DNA of 43,693 bases from Thermoleophilia bacterium (GTDB lineage Bacteria; Actinomycetota; Thermoleophilia; Gaiellales; F1-60-MAGs149). This document shows, one piece after another, positions 15,541-24,577 of the stretch. The notes under the pieces are model-generated. The model made no database searches. It was given only the letters and a program-made list of their open reading frames with translations, and had not been told where the DNA came from. Position 1 is the first letter of the stretch, and every line of letters begins with the position of its first letter. The position numbers were made by a program, and so were the translations under genes. The stretch spans positions 1 through 43,693 of the forward strand of contig JBAXOM010000002.1 of NCBI GenBank assembly GCA_037133215.1. The letters run 5' to 3'.

Positions 15541-16565
15541 CTCTCTGCGGCGACGCTGCCTCGGCGATCGACGCCGACGATGGTGGCAAAAAGTATGCCG
15601 AGGACAATGGGCGGTAGGAACGTCAAGGCGCGCTCGAGTAGCACGCCCGCCACGACCGCCGTGTGATCACCGCCGAACGCGACCAGCAGCCCCGTCATGC
15701 CGAGCTCGACGAAGCCGATACCGCCGGGGGTGATCGGAATCATCAGAAGCAGACGCGTCAGCGACCAGGCGACGAGAATCTCCTGCCACGAGAGTTGCGC
15801 AGAGTCTGCACCGCAGACGCGAAGTGCAACGACCACGCACGCGAAGACAGCGATGTTCGACGCCAGCGTGGCGGCGAGCAGTCCGAGCCAGCGCTGTCGG
15901 AGCACGACAATCGCCTCGGCTCGGAATTCGACGACGTGCTGTCCCCAATCGCCTGCTGGGCCTCTGCGTAGTACACGCAAAAGCGGGGAGGCCAAACGGG
16001 CTGCTGTGGTACCGGCGCTGCGTGCAGCACCAGCGTCGCGGATCGACCGAACCACCACGCCCGCGATCACGATGAGCACCATAAGTGCGGCGACCGCGAT
16101 GACAAACAGCCCCGTTCGCCGCTCGCCGTCGAACTGGAGCAGGACGAGGCTGAGCGGTGGGAGGACGACAAAGAAGACCGCATTTGCCGCTCCGACAAGG
16201 GTCAGGGCAACCGCGATTGGTTGCGGGCCAAAACCCCAGCGTCGATACAACGCAACCTGTGCGCCCATCCCAAGCGCATCACCCGCGGGCACGGCATGCG
16301 AGAAGGCAGCAGAGATTTGTGACGAGCTCAACGCGCGCCAGAAGCCCAAGCCGGGGAGAGCGGCTTGGAGTGGTGGTGCGAACGTGATGACGTTGAGAAC
16401 CGCAAGCCCAACGAGTACGACGACCTCGATCGTTGTCAACTGGCGAAACTGATCGATGACGCTGCGATAGCTTGCCACCTCCGGCAGGACAACCAAGAAT
16501 GTCCCGGCCACAATGGCGACACCAAGCACGCCAATAATCACGTGGGTCGGCTTGATCCGTGCCAT
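15537..16565 (-). CDS. Polytopic membrane protein, UPF0104 / lysylphosphatidylglycerol-synthase-TM (flippase-like) family
   Basis: About 342 aa from MARIKPTHVIIGVLGVAIV. Multiple hydrophobic helices with a Gly/Ala/Leu-rich pattern typical of this family. I reject the longer ORF-track start (16664) because it overlaps the tRNA gene. Confidence 0.65.
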   Translation of the reverse strand: MARIKPTHVIIGVLGVAIVAGTFLVVLPEVASYRSVIDQFRQLTTIEVVVLVGLAVLNVITFAPPLQAALPGLGFWRALSSSQISAAFSHAVPAGDALGMGAQVALYRRWGFGPQPIAVALTLVGAANAVFFVVLPPLSLVLLQFDGERRTGLFVIAVAALMVLIVIAGVVVRSIRDAGAARSAGTTAARLASPLLRVLRRGPAGDWGQHVVEFRAEAIVVLRQRWLGLLAATLASNIAVFACVVVALRVCGADSAQLSWQEILVAWSLTRLLLMIPITPGGIGFVELGMTGLLVAFGGDHTAVVAGVLLERALTFLPPIVLGILFATIVGVDRRGSVAAES

Positions 16566-16607
16566 GGCGACAGCGTACGGTGTTGGGCGCGTATTCTCTG
16601 CGGGTGA

Positions 16608-16679
16608 AGGGGCGTAGCTCAGCGGTAGAGCACCCGGCTCATAACCGGTCAGGCCCTGGTTCAAATCCAGGCGCCCCTA
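16608..16679 (+). tRNA. tRNA with CAT anticodon (elongator tRNA-Met, or tRNA-Ile2 if lysidine-modified)
   Basis: 72-nt cloverleaf read by hand. Acceptor AGGGGCG/CGCCCCT, D arm GCTC-AGCGGTA-GAGC, anticodon arm CCCGG-CTCATAA-CCGGT, variable CAGGC, T arm CCTGG-TTCAAAT-CCAGG, discriminator A. CCA is not encoded. Confidence 0.85.
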
Positions 16680-16700
16680 TAAAAACGATAAGGAGTAAGC

Positions 16701-18041
16701 GTGATGACAATGAGTCGCCGGACCTTCCTTGCCGGCGCATTGTTGGTGTCGGTGGCGGGGACTGGCGGAATGTCTGCACGTGCTGCACCGAGAACGACGA
16801 GTAAGCCCACGCGCGGTCTCGTTACGCGCTGGGACACAGATCCGTGGTCGTTGGGCTCGTACTCTGCCTTGCCCGTTGGCTCTTCGCCGGCCGTGCGTGA
16901 GACTCTCGCAGCAGCGGTGATCGCTGGTGGTGTTGTGCTAGCGGGTGAACACGTCAGCACGGTCCACGCAGCGACCGTGCAAGGGGCATATCTGTCGGGC
17001 CAACATGCAGCAACTCTGTTGATCAACCGGGGAGTGGCTCGTGCCTCGAAGACCGTGATCGTGATTGGCGCCGGAGTGGCTGGCCTCGCAGCAGCGCAGG
17101 CGTTGCAAGCCGCCGGGGCCACGGTGGTGGTGCTCGAGGCTCGCGATCGCATTGGTGGCCGTGTCTGCACCGATACCTCATGGGGCGTCCCAATCGAGCT
17201 TGGTGCCGCCTGGGTGCACGGGGTCAAACGAAACCCAATTACGACTCTGGTTCGCAGCGGTGGCTCGACGCTCGTGCCGACGAACTACAACGACGATGAC
17301 GTGCGCGCGCTGGACGGCAAGACTCCGAAGGACCTCTTCTCGCATTCAACAGCACTCGATCGGCTGGTGGCGAAGATGGAGGCGCGGCCGTACCCCGTCG
17401 ACGACTCCGTCGGAGACGTCCTGGCAGCCGCGGGGTGGCGTCCTAGCGTGCTCAACAACTGGATCGTGGAGACGACGCTGACGCATGAGTATGGGGTTGG
17501 CCCGTCGATACTTGGGGCTGAGGCGTTATATGAAGGCCAGGACCAATTCGGTGGGGATGCCTTCGTCAAGGGTGGTTATGACGTAGTGCCGAAGCAACTC
17601 GCCGCGGGAGTGAGCATTCGACTCTCCTCGCCGGCGAGTTTCGTGAACACCGCCAAGGGGTTGTCCGTGACACTTCGCTCGGGTGAGCGGGTGGTCGCTG
17701 ATGGCGTCGTCGTTGCCGTCCCGCTCAGCATCCTGCAGCGTCGATCGCTGCAAATTGAGGGCATGCCGACGCGCGTGCGTTCTGCCCTCGATGGCCTGCG
17801 CATGGGGTCGCTCGAGAAGGTGATCCTGCAGTACGCCGATCGGTGGTGGCCACGGTCGCAGGCCTACGGCATCGTTGGCAGCCCTGGCCGTCGCTGGGCC
17901 GAGTGGTACGACCTCACGGATCTCGTTGGAGAGCCGACGTTGGTCGGTTTTAGCGCGGCGACAGCAGCCGCAGGGCGGTCCCGGTCGGACGCGTCCTGCA
18001 TCGCCGAGGCCGCGGATCTGTTCGCCACTGCGTTCGGGTAG
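16701..18041 (+). CDS. Tat-exported flavin-containing amine oxidase with apparent circular permutation
   Basis: 446 aa with AGGAG RBS at 16691-16695. Twin-arginine signal MMTMSRRTFLAGALLVSVAGTGGMSARA. Next comes LVTRWDTDPWSLGSYSALP...LAGEHVS...VQGAYLSG, which is normally the extreme C-terminus. Then the N-terminal FAD fold KTVIVIGAGVAGLAAAQALQAAGATVVVLEARDRIGGR. The protein ends at ...LFATAFG. Confidence 0.8.
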   Translation: MMTMSRRTFLAGALLVSVAGTGGMSARAAPRTTSKPTRGLVTRWDTDPWSLGSYSALPVGSSPAVRETLAAAVIAGGVVLAGEHVSTVHAATVQGAYLSGQHAATLLINRGVARASKTVIVIGAGVAGLAAAQALQAAGATVVVLEARDRIGGRVCTDTSWGVPIELGAAWVHGVKRNPITTLVRSGGSTLVPTNYNDDDVRALDGKTPKDLFSHSTALDRLVAKMEARPYPVDDSVGDVLAAAGWRPSVLNNWIVETTLTHEYGVGPSILGAEALYEGQDQFGGDAFVKGGYDVVPKQLAAGVSIRLSSPASFVNTAKGLSVTLRSGERVVADGVVVAVPLSILQRRSLQIEGMPTRVRSALDGLRMGSLEKVILQYADRWWPRSQAYGIVGSPGRRWAEWYDLTDLVGEPTLVGFSAATAAAGRSRSDASCIAEAADLFATAFG

Positions 18042-18077
18042 GGCCAGGTGTCACTGCCCTGATTCGGTGGCTCCGAG

Positions 18078-19337
18078 CTAGTGCGTTGCCGCCGCCGGAG
18101 CTGGTAACGAAGAATCGAGTAGGCTGGCCGCGCGCTGACCGCTGCGGATGGCGCCCTCCATGAAGCCCGACCAGACGTCATCGGTAAACTCGCCGGCCAA
18201 GACAAGCCGTCCATGCCGTTGGCGCAGAAGTTCGTCGTTTGGTCGGTCGCCCGGGCGCACGTGCGTATAGATGCCCTGCGCGTACGGGTCGTCGTGCCAG
18301 GTTTGTGTGCCAGCCGCGTCGAAGTCGAGCGCAAGGTCAGGGCGTACTTCGGCCACGCTGCGCGCCCAGGTGGTGCCATCGTGCTCGACCTCGAGGAGGT
18401 CCAGCATCGGCTGCGAACCCATGAAACCCGCGAGGACAGGACGGAGCCCTTCGGTCCCCTGATTGGCCGTCCAGACCCAGTAGTCGTGTCGAGTATCGAG
18501 AACGGCACTCGGCTCCGCAGGCCCGAGTAAGGGGACAAAGAGCTTGGCTGCGTGTGAGACACCAAAAGTGCTCGCGGCGGCCAGTACAGCGGCGGGTAGG
18601 AGTGCAGCAAACGGGTCTTGCACCAGAATCGGTTTGGGTAGTGCCAGGACGATCTGAGCGGCGCGGTGAGTTTCCTTCGTGGTCTGCACCGAAACGCCGT
18701 CTTCGTCAATCGTGATGTCCAGTACAGGTTCGCTGAGGCGGACGCGATCTCCGAGAATCGCGGCCAGTGCGCGGGTTGGAGCGTCACTACCGGTCCCGAT
18801 CCGTGGCGAGTCGACCTGCTCGGGTGCCGAGGCGAGATGGAGGAGGTGCCAGGCAGCCAATTCTGTTGCCGGAGCACCACTCGTGCACTCGATGCGGGCA
18901 CGAAACGCGATCTTGACGCCCTCCGGTTGGTCGAGTCGCTCGATCGCGTCAGCGACGGAGATGTCGTACGCCTCGTCACCGAGCGCGGCGAAGAGTGCGC
19001 GCAATGCGGCGCGACCAGCAGCCAATTCATCGTCGCTGACAGGTGGACCCCCAACCGGTCGACGGTCGTGGTAGCTCATGCCGGTACGCGCAAGCGGGAT
19101 TCCGAGACGATCGCAGAGGGCGACCATCTCGACCTGAACATCTTCGACCCACTCTGCGCCACGCTCGATAATCGTGCCGTCGGGCAGATGGTCGGTCCAA
19201 GCACGACCACCGACGCGATCCCGTGCCTCAAGGACGGTGATGTCCCAACCGGCATTCGCGAGAGCCTCGGCGGCGATCAGGCCAGAGAAGCCGGCGCCGA
19301 CGATGATGGCAGAAGAGGTGTCCATGACTTGCACCAT
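18078..19337 (-). CDS. Flavin-containing amine oxidase, canonical topology, no signal peptide
   Basis: 419 aa. N-terminal IIVGAGFSGLIAAEALANAGWDITVLEARDRVGGR. C-terminal TWHDDPYAQGIYTH...LVLAGEFT...FMEGAIRSGQRAA. Start could be 19325 (MDTSS). Confidence 0.85.
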   Translation of the reverse strand: MVQVMDTSSAIIVGAGFSGLIAAEALANAGWDITVLEARDRVGGRAWTDHLPDGTIIERGAEWVEDVQVEMVALCDRLGIPLARTGMSYHDRRPVGGPPVSDDELAAGRAALRALFAALGDEAYDISVADAIERLDQPEGVKIAFRARIECTSGAPATELAAWHLLHLASAPEQVDSPRIGTGSDAPTRALAAILGDRVRLSEPVLDITIDEDGVSVQTTKETHRAAQIVLALPKPILVQDPFAALLPAAVLAAASTFGVSHAAKLFVPLLGPAEPSAVLDTRHDYWVWTANQGTEGLRPVLAGFMGSQPMLDLLEVEHDGTTWARSVAEVRPDLALDFDAAGTQTWHDDPYAQGIYTHVRPGDRPNDELLRQRHGRLVLAGEFTDDVWSGFMEGAIRSGQRAASLLDSSLPAPAAATH

Positions 19338-19430
19338 ATCCGGATCGTACGTTTCGGTGCAATGCGCTCAGGGAGCGCTGACTGATGGGCCAGCGCCTGT
19401 CCTCGTTCGAGAGCGTCCGCCTAGTTGGTC

Positions 19431-20831
19431 TCAGGCTTCGATTTCGGCAAAATCAGGATGCTCGGGAGCGTGTCCCCAGGTCTCGAGTTCGACCGGTGGA
19501 GTCAGGCCCGATGTCACCCATTCCTGAGCGCGTGAACGCACGTGCGCCCGGAGAACCTCGAGATCCGCGAGTCCGTCTTTCGGAACCTTGCCTGTGTCTG
19601 CGACCGCCTCTGTGATCTCTAATTCGAGGAAGTAGGCAAGTTCACGGGTATTGATGATGTCGTCACTGACCGCGACAAATGGGAGTGCGTCCTCAGGTTC
19701 AAATTCGACCGTCTCTGCCGCCCGGAGCCAGCCGTAGTCGAAATTCATATTCAGGAGTGGGCGGGACGTCTCGAGAACTCCAACGGGGCTCAGCGTGGGA
19801 TGAATCACCGTCATGGTGAAATTCTCGCGCGGCTGCTCGAGTGCACTGCGACGCGAGCTGTCCATTGCGGTAATCGCTGCGACACGACCCAAGACATTGA
19901 GAAAGCCATGCTCGGCAGCCTGCCACTCAATCGGACTCGGATCGAGCGGAGAGGCAGCGATCGCGATCACGTTCGTGGCACCGGCTCGACGCGCAGGGAT
20001 GACCGGAAGGTTGCGGATGGCGCCGCCGTCGACGTAATAGTCGTCTCCAATTTGGCGCGGCTCAAAAATCACCGGAATCGACGCCGAGGCGAGTGTTCCC
20101 TCAATCACGCCCGGATGGCCAGCTCCCTCAATGACCGTGTCCTCGTAGTTATCGATGATAACGCCGGACTCGGTGACAAGTCGCGTCGTGCCCGCCCGCA
20201 GTGCCGTGACTGGCATACGCAAGGCGATACCAGAGGTTCTAACTGCCTCTTCGTCGATGGCTTTAAAGGCTCCATCGACGATGCCGCGAAGGGCGTTCTC
20301 GAGCGGATCCATGACCATGAATGAGAGGGGGAGTGAGCGCATGTTCTGAATGAGATGCAGCGAGTGAAGAGGATGCGCGGCAATACTCGTCATCACCCGC
20401 ATCGCAGAAATATCATCAGTCTTCTTCCTCCCGTGCTGACCGAGTGCGGAATGCCGTGGTGGACGAGTTGCCGTCTGCGTCGCGAGCAGGGATTCGATGA
20501 GCTTGCCGAGCCGCGTATCGTCGTATTCGGCGAGCCACGGTGCCTTCGTGAAGATTTCGGTTGGATCGGCGACATCCAGCATCGACTGGCGAACCTCTTG
20601 GACGAGACGAGCGAGGTCCTCGGGGGTATGCGCCTGAGCGAGCTGAACGGCCAAGATGGCGCCCATTGAGGTTCCGCTCAGCACGCGCGGCTTAAAGTGA
20701 TACTTCGTGGTCAGGTAGGCCATCGCACCGACTTCAAACGAGCCCTTGGCGCCTCCGCCGGAGAGCACGATCGAGACGTCGTCGGTCGTCATCGGGTGTC
20801 GGTCACGGCGGTTGTTATGGGCGTATGTCAT
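19431..20831 (-). CDS. Patatin-like phospholipase domain protein with a C-terminal extension of about 130 aa
   Basis: 466 aa. Oxyanion LSGGGAKGSFEVG, nucleophile GTSMG, catalytic Asp YYVDGGAIRN. Confidence 0.85.
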   Translation of the reverse strand: MTYAHNNRRDRHPMTTDDVSIVLSGGGAKGSFEVGAMAYLTTKYHFKPRVLSGTSMGAILAVQLAQAHTPEDLARLVQEVRQSMLDVADPTEIFTKAPWLAEYDDTRLGKLIESLLATQTATRPPRHSALGQHGRKKTDDISAMRVMTSIAAHPLHSLHLIQNMRSLPLSFMVMDPLENALRGIVDGAFKAIDEEAVRTSGIALRMPVTALRAGTTRLVTESGVIIDNYEDTVIEGAGHPGVIEGTLASASIPVIFEPRQIGDDYYVDGGAIRNLPVIPARRAGATNVIAIAASPLDPSPIEWQAAEHGFLNVLGRVAAITAMDSSRRSALEQPRENFTMTVIHPTLSPVGVLETSRPLLNMNFDYGWLRAAETVEFEPEDALPFVAVSDDIINTRELAYFLELEITEAVADTGKVPKDGLADLEVLRAHVRSRAQEWVTSGLTPPVELETWGHAPEHPDFAEIEA

Positions 20832-20962
20832 CGCGGCGACTATACGGGCATGCAGGTCCTCACCGCAACAGTTCAGATTCGTCCGGCAGAGCGAGGCCGT
20901 CCAATTTGGATTTTGTCGGCTCGAGCACGCGATGCCTCTGGTCTCAGCGGCATACTTTCTTC

Positions 20963-21307
20963 ATGGAGAAACCGTCCACGATTGAGTACGACGCCTTCTC
21001 GGCGGTCGATATGCGCATCGGCGTCGTGGTTGAGGTGCGTGCCTTTCCAGAAGCACGCAAACCGGCGTGGCAAATTTGCGTCGACTTTGGTTCTGAGTTC
21101 GGTAGGCGCTGGACGAGTGCACAGGTGACGAACTACAACGAGCATGAGCTTGTTGGGCGTCGAGTTGTCGGCGTCATCAATCTCGGCACGCGACGCATTG
21201 CGGGATTCGAGAGCGAATTTCTCTTGCTTGGAGCCGTCCAACCGGATGGCAGCGTCGTGTTGCTCGACGTCGACCCGAGCGCAGAACTTGGCTCTCCTAT
21301 CGCCTAA
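20963..21307 (+). CDS. tRNA-binding domain protein (CsaA/YgjH, EMAP-II-like OB fold)
   Basis: 114 aa from MEKPSTIEYDAFSAVDMRIGVV..V..FPEARKPAWQICVDFG...QVTNYNEHELVGRRVVGVINLG.RRIAGFESEFLLLG. Confidence 0.8.
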   Translation: MEKPSTIEYDAFSAVDMRIGVVVEVRAFPEARKPAWQICVDFGSEFGRRWTSAQVTNYNEHELVGRRVVGVINLGTRRIAGFESEFLLLGAVQPDGSVVLLDVDPSAELGSPIA

Positions 21308-21894
21308 CGGCTGAGGAGATAGACGGCGCCTGCGGCAAGCAGGTTGGCAGCGCGCTGCGTGACGGAACCCTCGCGGGCACCACCTTCGTTAAGCAAAATT
21401 CGCTCCTCGACGGTGAAGCCCTCGGCTTGCGCTAAAGCCTCAAAGTCCTTGATCGAGCAGAGACGAATATTCGGGGTCTCGTACCAGGTGTAAGGCAGCA
21501 ACGGCGAAACAGGCATGCGGCCACTCGCAGCGAGCTGAGTACGTAGGCGCCAATGGGCAAAGTTAGGGAACGAGATGATGCTCTTGCGCCCCACGCGATT
21601 CATCTCGCGCAGCACCAGTGCGGGGTGGTGGACAGCCTGGAGCGTCAACGACATGATCACGATGTCGAACGAATCGTCTTCGAGGTCGTCGAGGCCCTTG
21701 TCGATGTCGTCCTGCAGCACCGGTACGCCGCGCTGAAGGCAGGCGAGAACGCCGTCGTCCGAGATCTCGACACCGAGTCCATCGGCGCCACGTCGAATCA
21801 ATTCCTCGAGCAGCGAACCATCGCCGCAGCCGAGGTCGAGGACGCGTGAGCCAACGGGCACCAGCGATGCAATGACGTCATGGTCGGCGCGCAT
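21304..21894 (-). CDS. metW: Methionine biosynthesis protein MetW (methyltransferase-fold partner of MetX)
   Basis: 197 codons from MRADHDVIASLVPVGSRVLDLGCGDGSLL. ATG overlaps the metX stop (TGATG). The ORF-track start at 22074 lies inside metX. Confidence 0.85.
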   Translation of the reverse strand: MRADHDVIASLVPVGSRVLDLGCGDGSLLEELIRRGADGLGVEISDDGVLACLQRGVPVLQDDIDKGLDDLEDDSFDIVIMSLTLQAVHHPALVLREMNRVGRKSIISFPNFAHWRLRTQLAASGRMPVSPLLPYTWYETPNIRLCSIKDFEALAQAEGFTVEERILLNEGGAREGSVTQRAANLLAAGAVYLLSR

Positions 21895-23048
21895 CAGTGG
21901 GTCTCCTCGAGCGCGCGGTCGAGATACGCAGCCACGGTCTTGTGGTACTCCGGTACCTCGAGCAGGAACGAGTCGTGGCCGTGAGGAGACGAGATCTCGC
22001 GAAAGGTGACCGGCACGCGGTGCGCCGTCAGGGTGCGCACAATCCCGCGGGAATGCGACGTGTCGAAGCGCCAATCGGTGTCGAACGAGAGCACGAGGAA
22101 CTTCGTCTTGACCTTGGCCAGTTGTGACCGCACGAGCTCGGCGTCGGCGAACAGGTCGAAGTAGTCCATCACCCGCGTCAGATAGAGGTACGAATTCGCA
22201 TCGAAGCGGTCGAGGAACACCTTGCCCTGATGCTGGAGATACGACTCGACCTGAAAGTCGACACCGAGATCGAAGCGTGGCTCTTCGCGATCCTGGATAC
22301 GGCGACCGAACTTCTGCCGCATCGACTCTTCTGAGAGGTAGGTGATGTGCGCCATCATGCGCGCCACGGAGAGGCCATGGTCAGGTCCCTTGCCGTTGGC
22401 GTAGTAGTTGCCATCTGCAAAATCGGGGTCGTTCATGATCGCGGCGCGGGCGACAGCGCTAAAGGCGATGTTCTGCGCCGAAAGGCGAGCCGTGGCGCAG
22501 ACGACGATGCCGTGTTCGACCTCGTCGGGGTAGTCGAGCGCCCACTGCAACACCTGCATGCCACCGAGCGAGCCACCAACGGCAGCCAAGACGTGAGTGA
22601 TCCCGAGGTGTGCCAGCAGCGCGCGCTGGACCTTGACGAGATCGGAGACCGTAAAGAGTGGGAACTCGAGGCCGTAGGGCTTACCCGTTGCGGGGTTCAC
22701 ACTCGATGGCCCCGTCGTTCCCTGACAGCCTCCGAGCAGGTTCGAACTGACGACGAAGAGGCGATCGGTATCGACTGGCTTGCCCGGGCCGATCAGCGTG
22801 TCCCACCAGCCCGGGTGCGTCGGGTCGCCGTGGTGGCCGGCCGCGTTGGCGTCTCCCGTTAGGGCATGGCAGATCACGACGACGTTATCGTCGCTCGCCG
22901 TTCGCTCGCCATACGTCTCGTACGCCACCTCGACGGGCGCGAGGGTCTCGCCCGAGTCGAGCACCAGCGGGTTGTCCTCCGTAAAGAGGACAACCCGCTG
23001 CGTCTCAACGAGTCCGAGGGAGCGTGCTGGTGTGCCGCTCGCTCCCAT
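21894..23048 (-). CDS. metX: Homoserine O-acetyltransferase
   Basis: 384 aa. Alpha/beta fold with GGSLGGMQ nucleophile elbow, VVICHALTGD, and the C-terminal SPHGHDSFLLE motif. Confidence 0.92.
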   Translation of the reverse strand: MGASGTPARSLGLVETQRVVLFTEDNPLVLDSGETLAPVEVAYETYGERTASDDNVVVICHALTGDANAAGHHGDPTHPGWWDTLIGPGKPVDTDRLFVVSSNLLGGCQGTTGPSSVNPATGKPYGLEFPLFTVSDLVKVQRALLAHLGITHVLAAVGGSLGGMQVLQWALDYPDEVEHGIVVCATARLSAQNIAFSAVARAAIMNDPDFADGNYYANGKGPDHGLSVARMMAHITYLSEESMRQKFGRRIQDREEPRFDLGVDFQVESYLQHQGKVFLDRFDANSYLYLTRVMDYFDLFADAELVRSQLAKVKTKFLVLSFDTDWRFDTSHSRGIVRTLTAHRVPVTFREISSPHGHDSFLLEVPEYHKTVAAYLDRALEETH

Positions 23049-23053
23049 CGGGG

Positions 23054-24346
23054 TTACGCCGTGGCCTTCGCGAGCGCCTGATCAATGTCCGCGAGGATGT
23101 CACTGATGTTCTCAATGCCAACCGAAAGGCGAACCGTGTCCTGCCCAACGCCTGCTGCATCGAGTTCCTCGTCGTTGAGCTGAGAGTGCGTCGTCGAGGC
23201 GTTGTGAATTGCCAACGATCGCGCATCGCCGATGTTGGCGAGGTGCGTAAACAGATCGAGGCTCTCGATGAAGGTCTTGCCAGCCTCGCGGCCACCCTCA
23301 ATCCCGAAGGTCACGATGCCACCAAAGCCGACGCCCGTGTTGAGGACGCGCTTGGCGGTCTCGTGGTACTTGTCGTCCTCGAGGCCCGAGTAGTTGACCC
23401 AGTTGACGCCAGCATGGTTCTTGAGGTGCTTGGCAACGGCGAGCGCGTTCTCGCAATGACGCTCCATCCGCAGGGCCAAGGTCTCGAGGCCCTGCAGGAT
23501 CAGGAAGGCGTTGAACGGCGAGAGTGCGGCGCCGGTATTGCGGAGCAACACGGTGCGGACGCGGCCAATAAACGCTGCTGGTCCGAGGGCGTCCGACCAG
23601 ACCACGCCGTGGTACGACGGGTCGGGCTTCGTCAATCCGGGAAAGCGCTCGGCATTGGCAACCCAATCGAACTTGCCCGAGTCGACGACGACGCCGGCGA
23701 TCGTGGTGCCGTGACCACCCATGTACTTCGTGGCCGAATGGACAGCAATGTCGGCACCGTGCTCGAAGATCTGCGTCAGCATCGGCGTGGCGACGGTGTT
23801 GTCGACGATCAGCGGGAGACCCTGAGCGTGCGCGGCGTCGGCCCAGGCCTTGATGTCGACGACGTTGAGGCGCGGGTTGCCGATCGTCTCGGCGAAGACC
23901 AGGCGAGTCTTGTCGTCGGTCAATTCGGCGACCTTCTCGGGCGAATCGGGGTCGATAAAGCGAACCTCGATGCCGTACTGCGGCAACGTGTGGGCGAACA
24001 GGTTGTAGGTACCGCCGTAGAGCGTGGAGACGCTGATGATGTTGTCTCCGGCACGGGCGATGTTCAGGACCGCGTAGGTGACGGCGGCCTGGCCGGACGC
24101 GGTCGCGCAGGCCGCGATGCCACCCTCAAGCGCGGCGACGCGCTGCTCGAGCACGTCCCACGTCGGGTTCATGATGCGGGTGTAGATGTTGCCCGGCACG
24201 GCCAGCGCGAACAAGTCGGCAGCGTGCTGGGTGTCGTTGAACTCGTAGCTGGTCGTCTGGTAGATCGGAACGGCCACGGCCTTCGTCGTGGGGTCCGGGC
24301 TCTGGCCTGCGTGGAGGGCCAGTGTTGCGGGGTGGTGCTTGCTCAT
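23054..24346 (-). CDS. metY: O-acetylhomoserine sulfhydrylase (aminocarboxypropyltransferase), PLP-dependent
   Basis: 430 aa. [41 protein letters not shown] (PLP Lys), [19 protein letters not shown]. Confidence 0.92.
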   Translation of the reverse strand: MSKHHPATLALHAGQSPDPTTKAVAVPIYQTTSYEFNDTQHAADLFALAVPGNIYTRIMNPTWDVLEQRVAALEGGIAACATASGQAAVTYAVLNIARAGDNIISVSTLYGGTYNLFAHTLPQYGIEVRFIDPDSPEKVAELTDDKTRLVFAETIGNPRLNVVDIKAWADAAHAQGLPLIVDNTVATPMLTQIFEHGADIAVHSATKYMGGHGTTIAGVVVDSGKFDWVANAERFPGLTKPDPSYHGVVWSDALGPAAFIGRVRTVLLRNTGAALSPFNAFLILQGLETLALRMERHCENALAVAKHLKNHAGVNWVNYSGLEDDKYHETAKRVLNTGVGFGGIVTFGIEGGREAGKTFIESLDLFTHLANIGDARSLAIHNASTTHSQLNDEELDAAGVGQDTVRLSVGIENISDILADIDQALAKATA

Positions 24347-24444
24347 CGCGATGAACTCCTTGCCTGTCGGCGTCGCGTCCCGGGTGGGAGGTCTGCGGTT
24401 GGTTCCGTAGACCGGCGGCGCCGCGGTTTCGTTCGCGACGACGG

Positions 24445-24570
24445 CTCACCATCTTCCGCTTTTCCGTCGGGACTTACCGGAATCGCGCTGGATGAAGCAC
24501 CTGTCGGACAGTCGTCCCGGTTGCTGCCGCGTCAAAAGGCCAGATCCCTCGGCGGCTCGTGATGGATTGC
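24445..24570 (-). promoter_or_regulatory. SAM-I (S-box) riboswitch in the metY-metX-metW leader
   Basis: Minus-strand RNA: CCAUCACGAG-CCGCC-GAGGGA-UCUGGCC-UUUUGAC-GCGG-CAGCAACC-...-GGUGCUUCAUCCAGCGCG-...-GGAAGAUGG. It carries the conserved GAGGGA, UGGCC, CAGCAACC and GGUGC..A.UCC blocks, and a P1 helix CCAUC/GAUGG. Lies about 100 nt upstream of the metY ATG (RBS AAGGAG at 24356-24361). Confidence 0.78.
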
Positions 24571-24577
24571 AAGCAGC

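Noticed and set aside
16566-16664. Longer start for the UPF0104 membrane protein
   Set aside because: It would overlap the tRNA gene on the opposite strand. The hydrophobic protein begins at MARIKP (16565).
19431-20831. Patatin as a CBASS/defence effector
   Set aside because: No cyclase/nucleotidyltransferase, E1/E2/JAB, SAVED or other defence-associated partner is nearby. The neighbours are metabolic.
16680-21307. tRNA-flanked genomic island (amine oxidases, patatin, csaA)
   Set aside because: I saw no integrase or recombinase, no direct repeat of the tRNA 3' end downstream, and no obvious compositional shift. Insufficient evidence.
23024-24562. 512-aa plus-strand ORF
   Set aside because: Antisense to metY, which has unambiguous PLP-enzyme motifs, and runs through the riboswitch. 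The composition is shadow-ORF-like.
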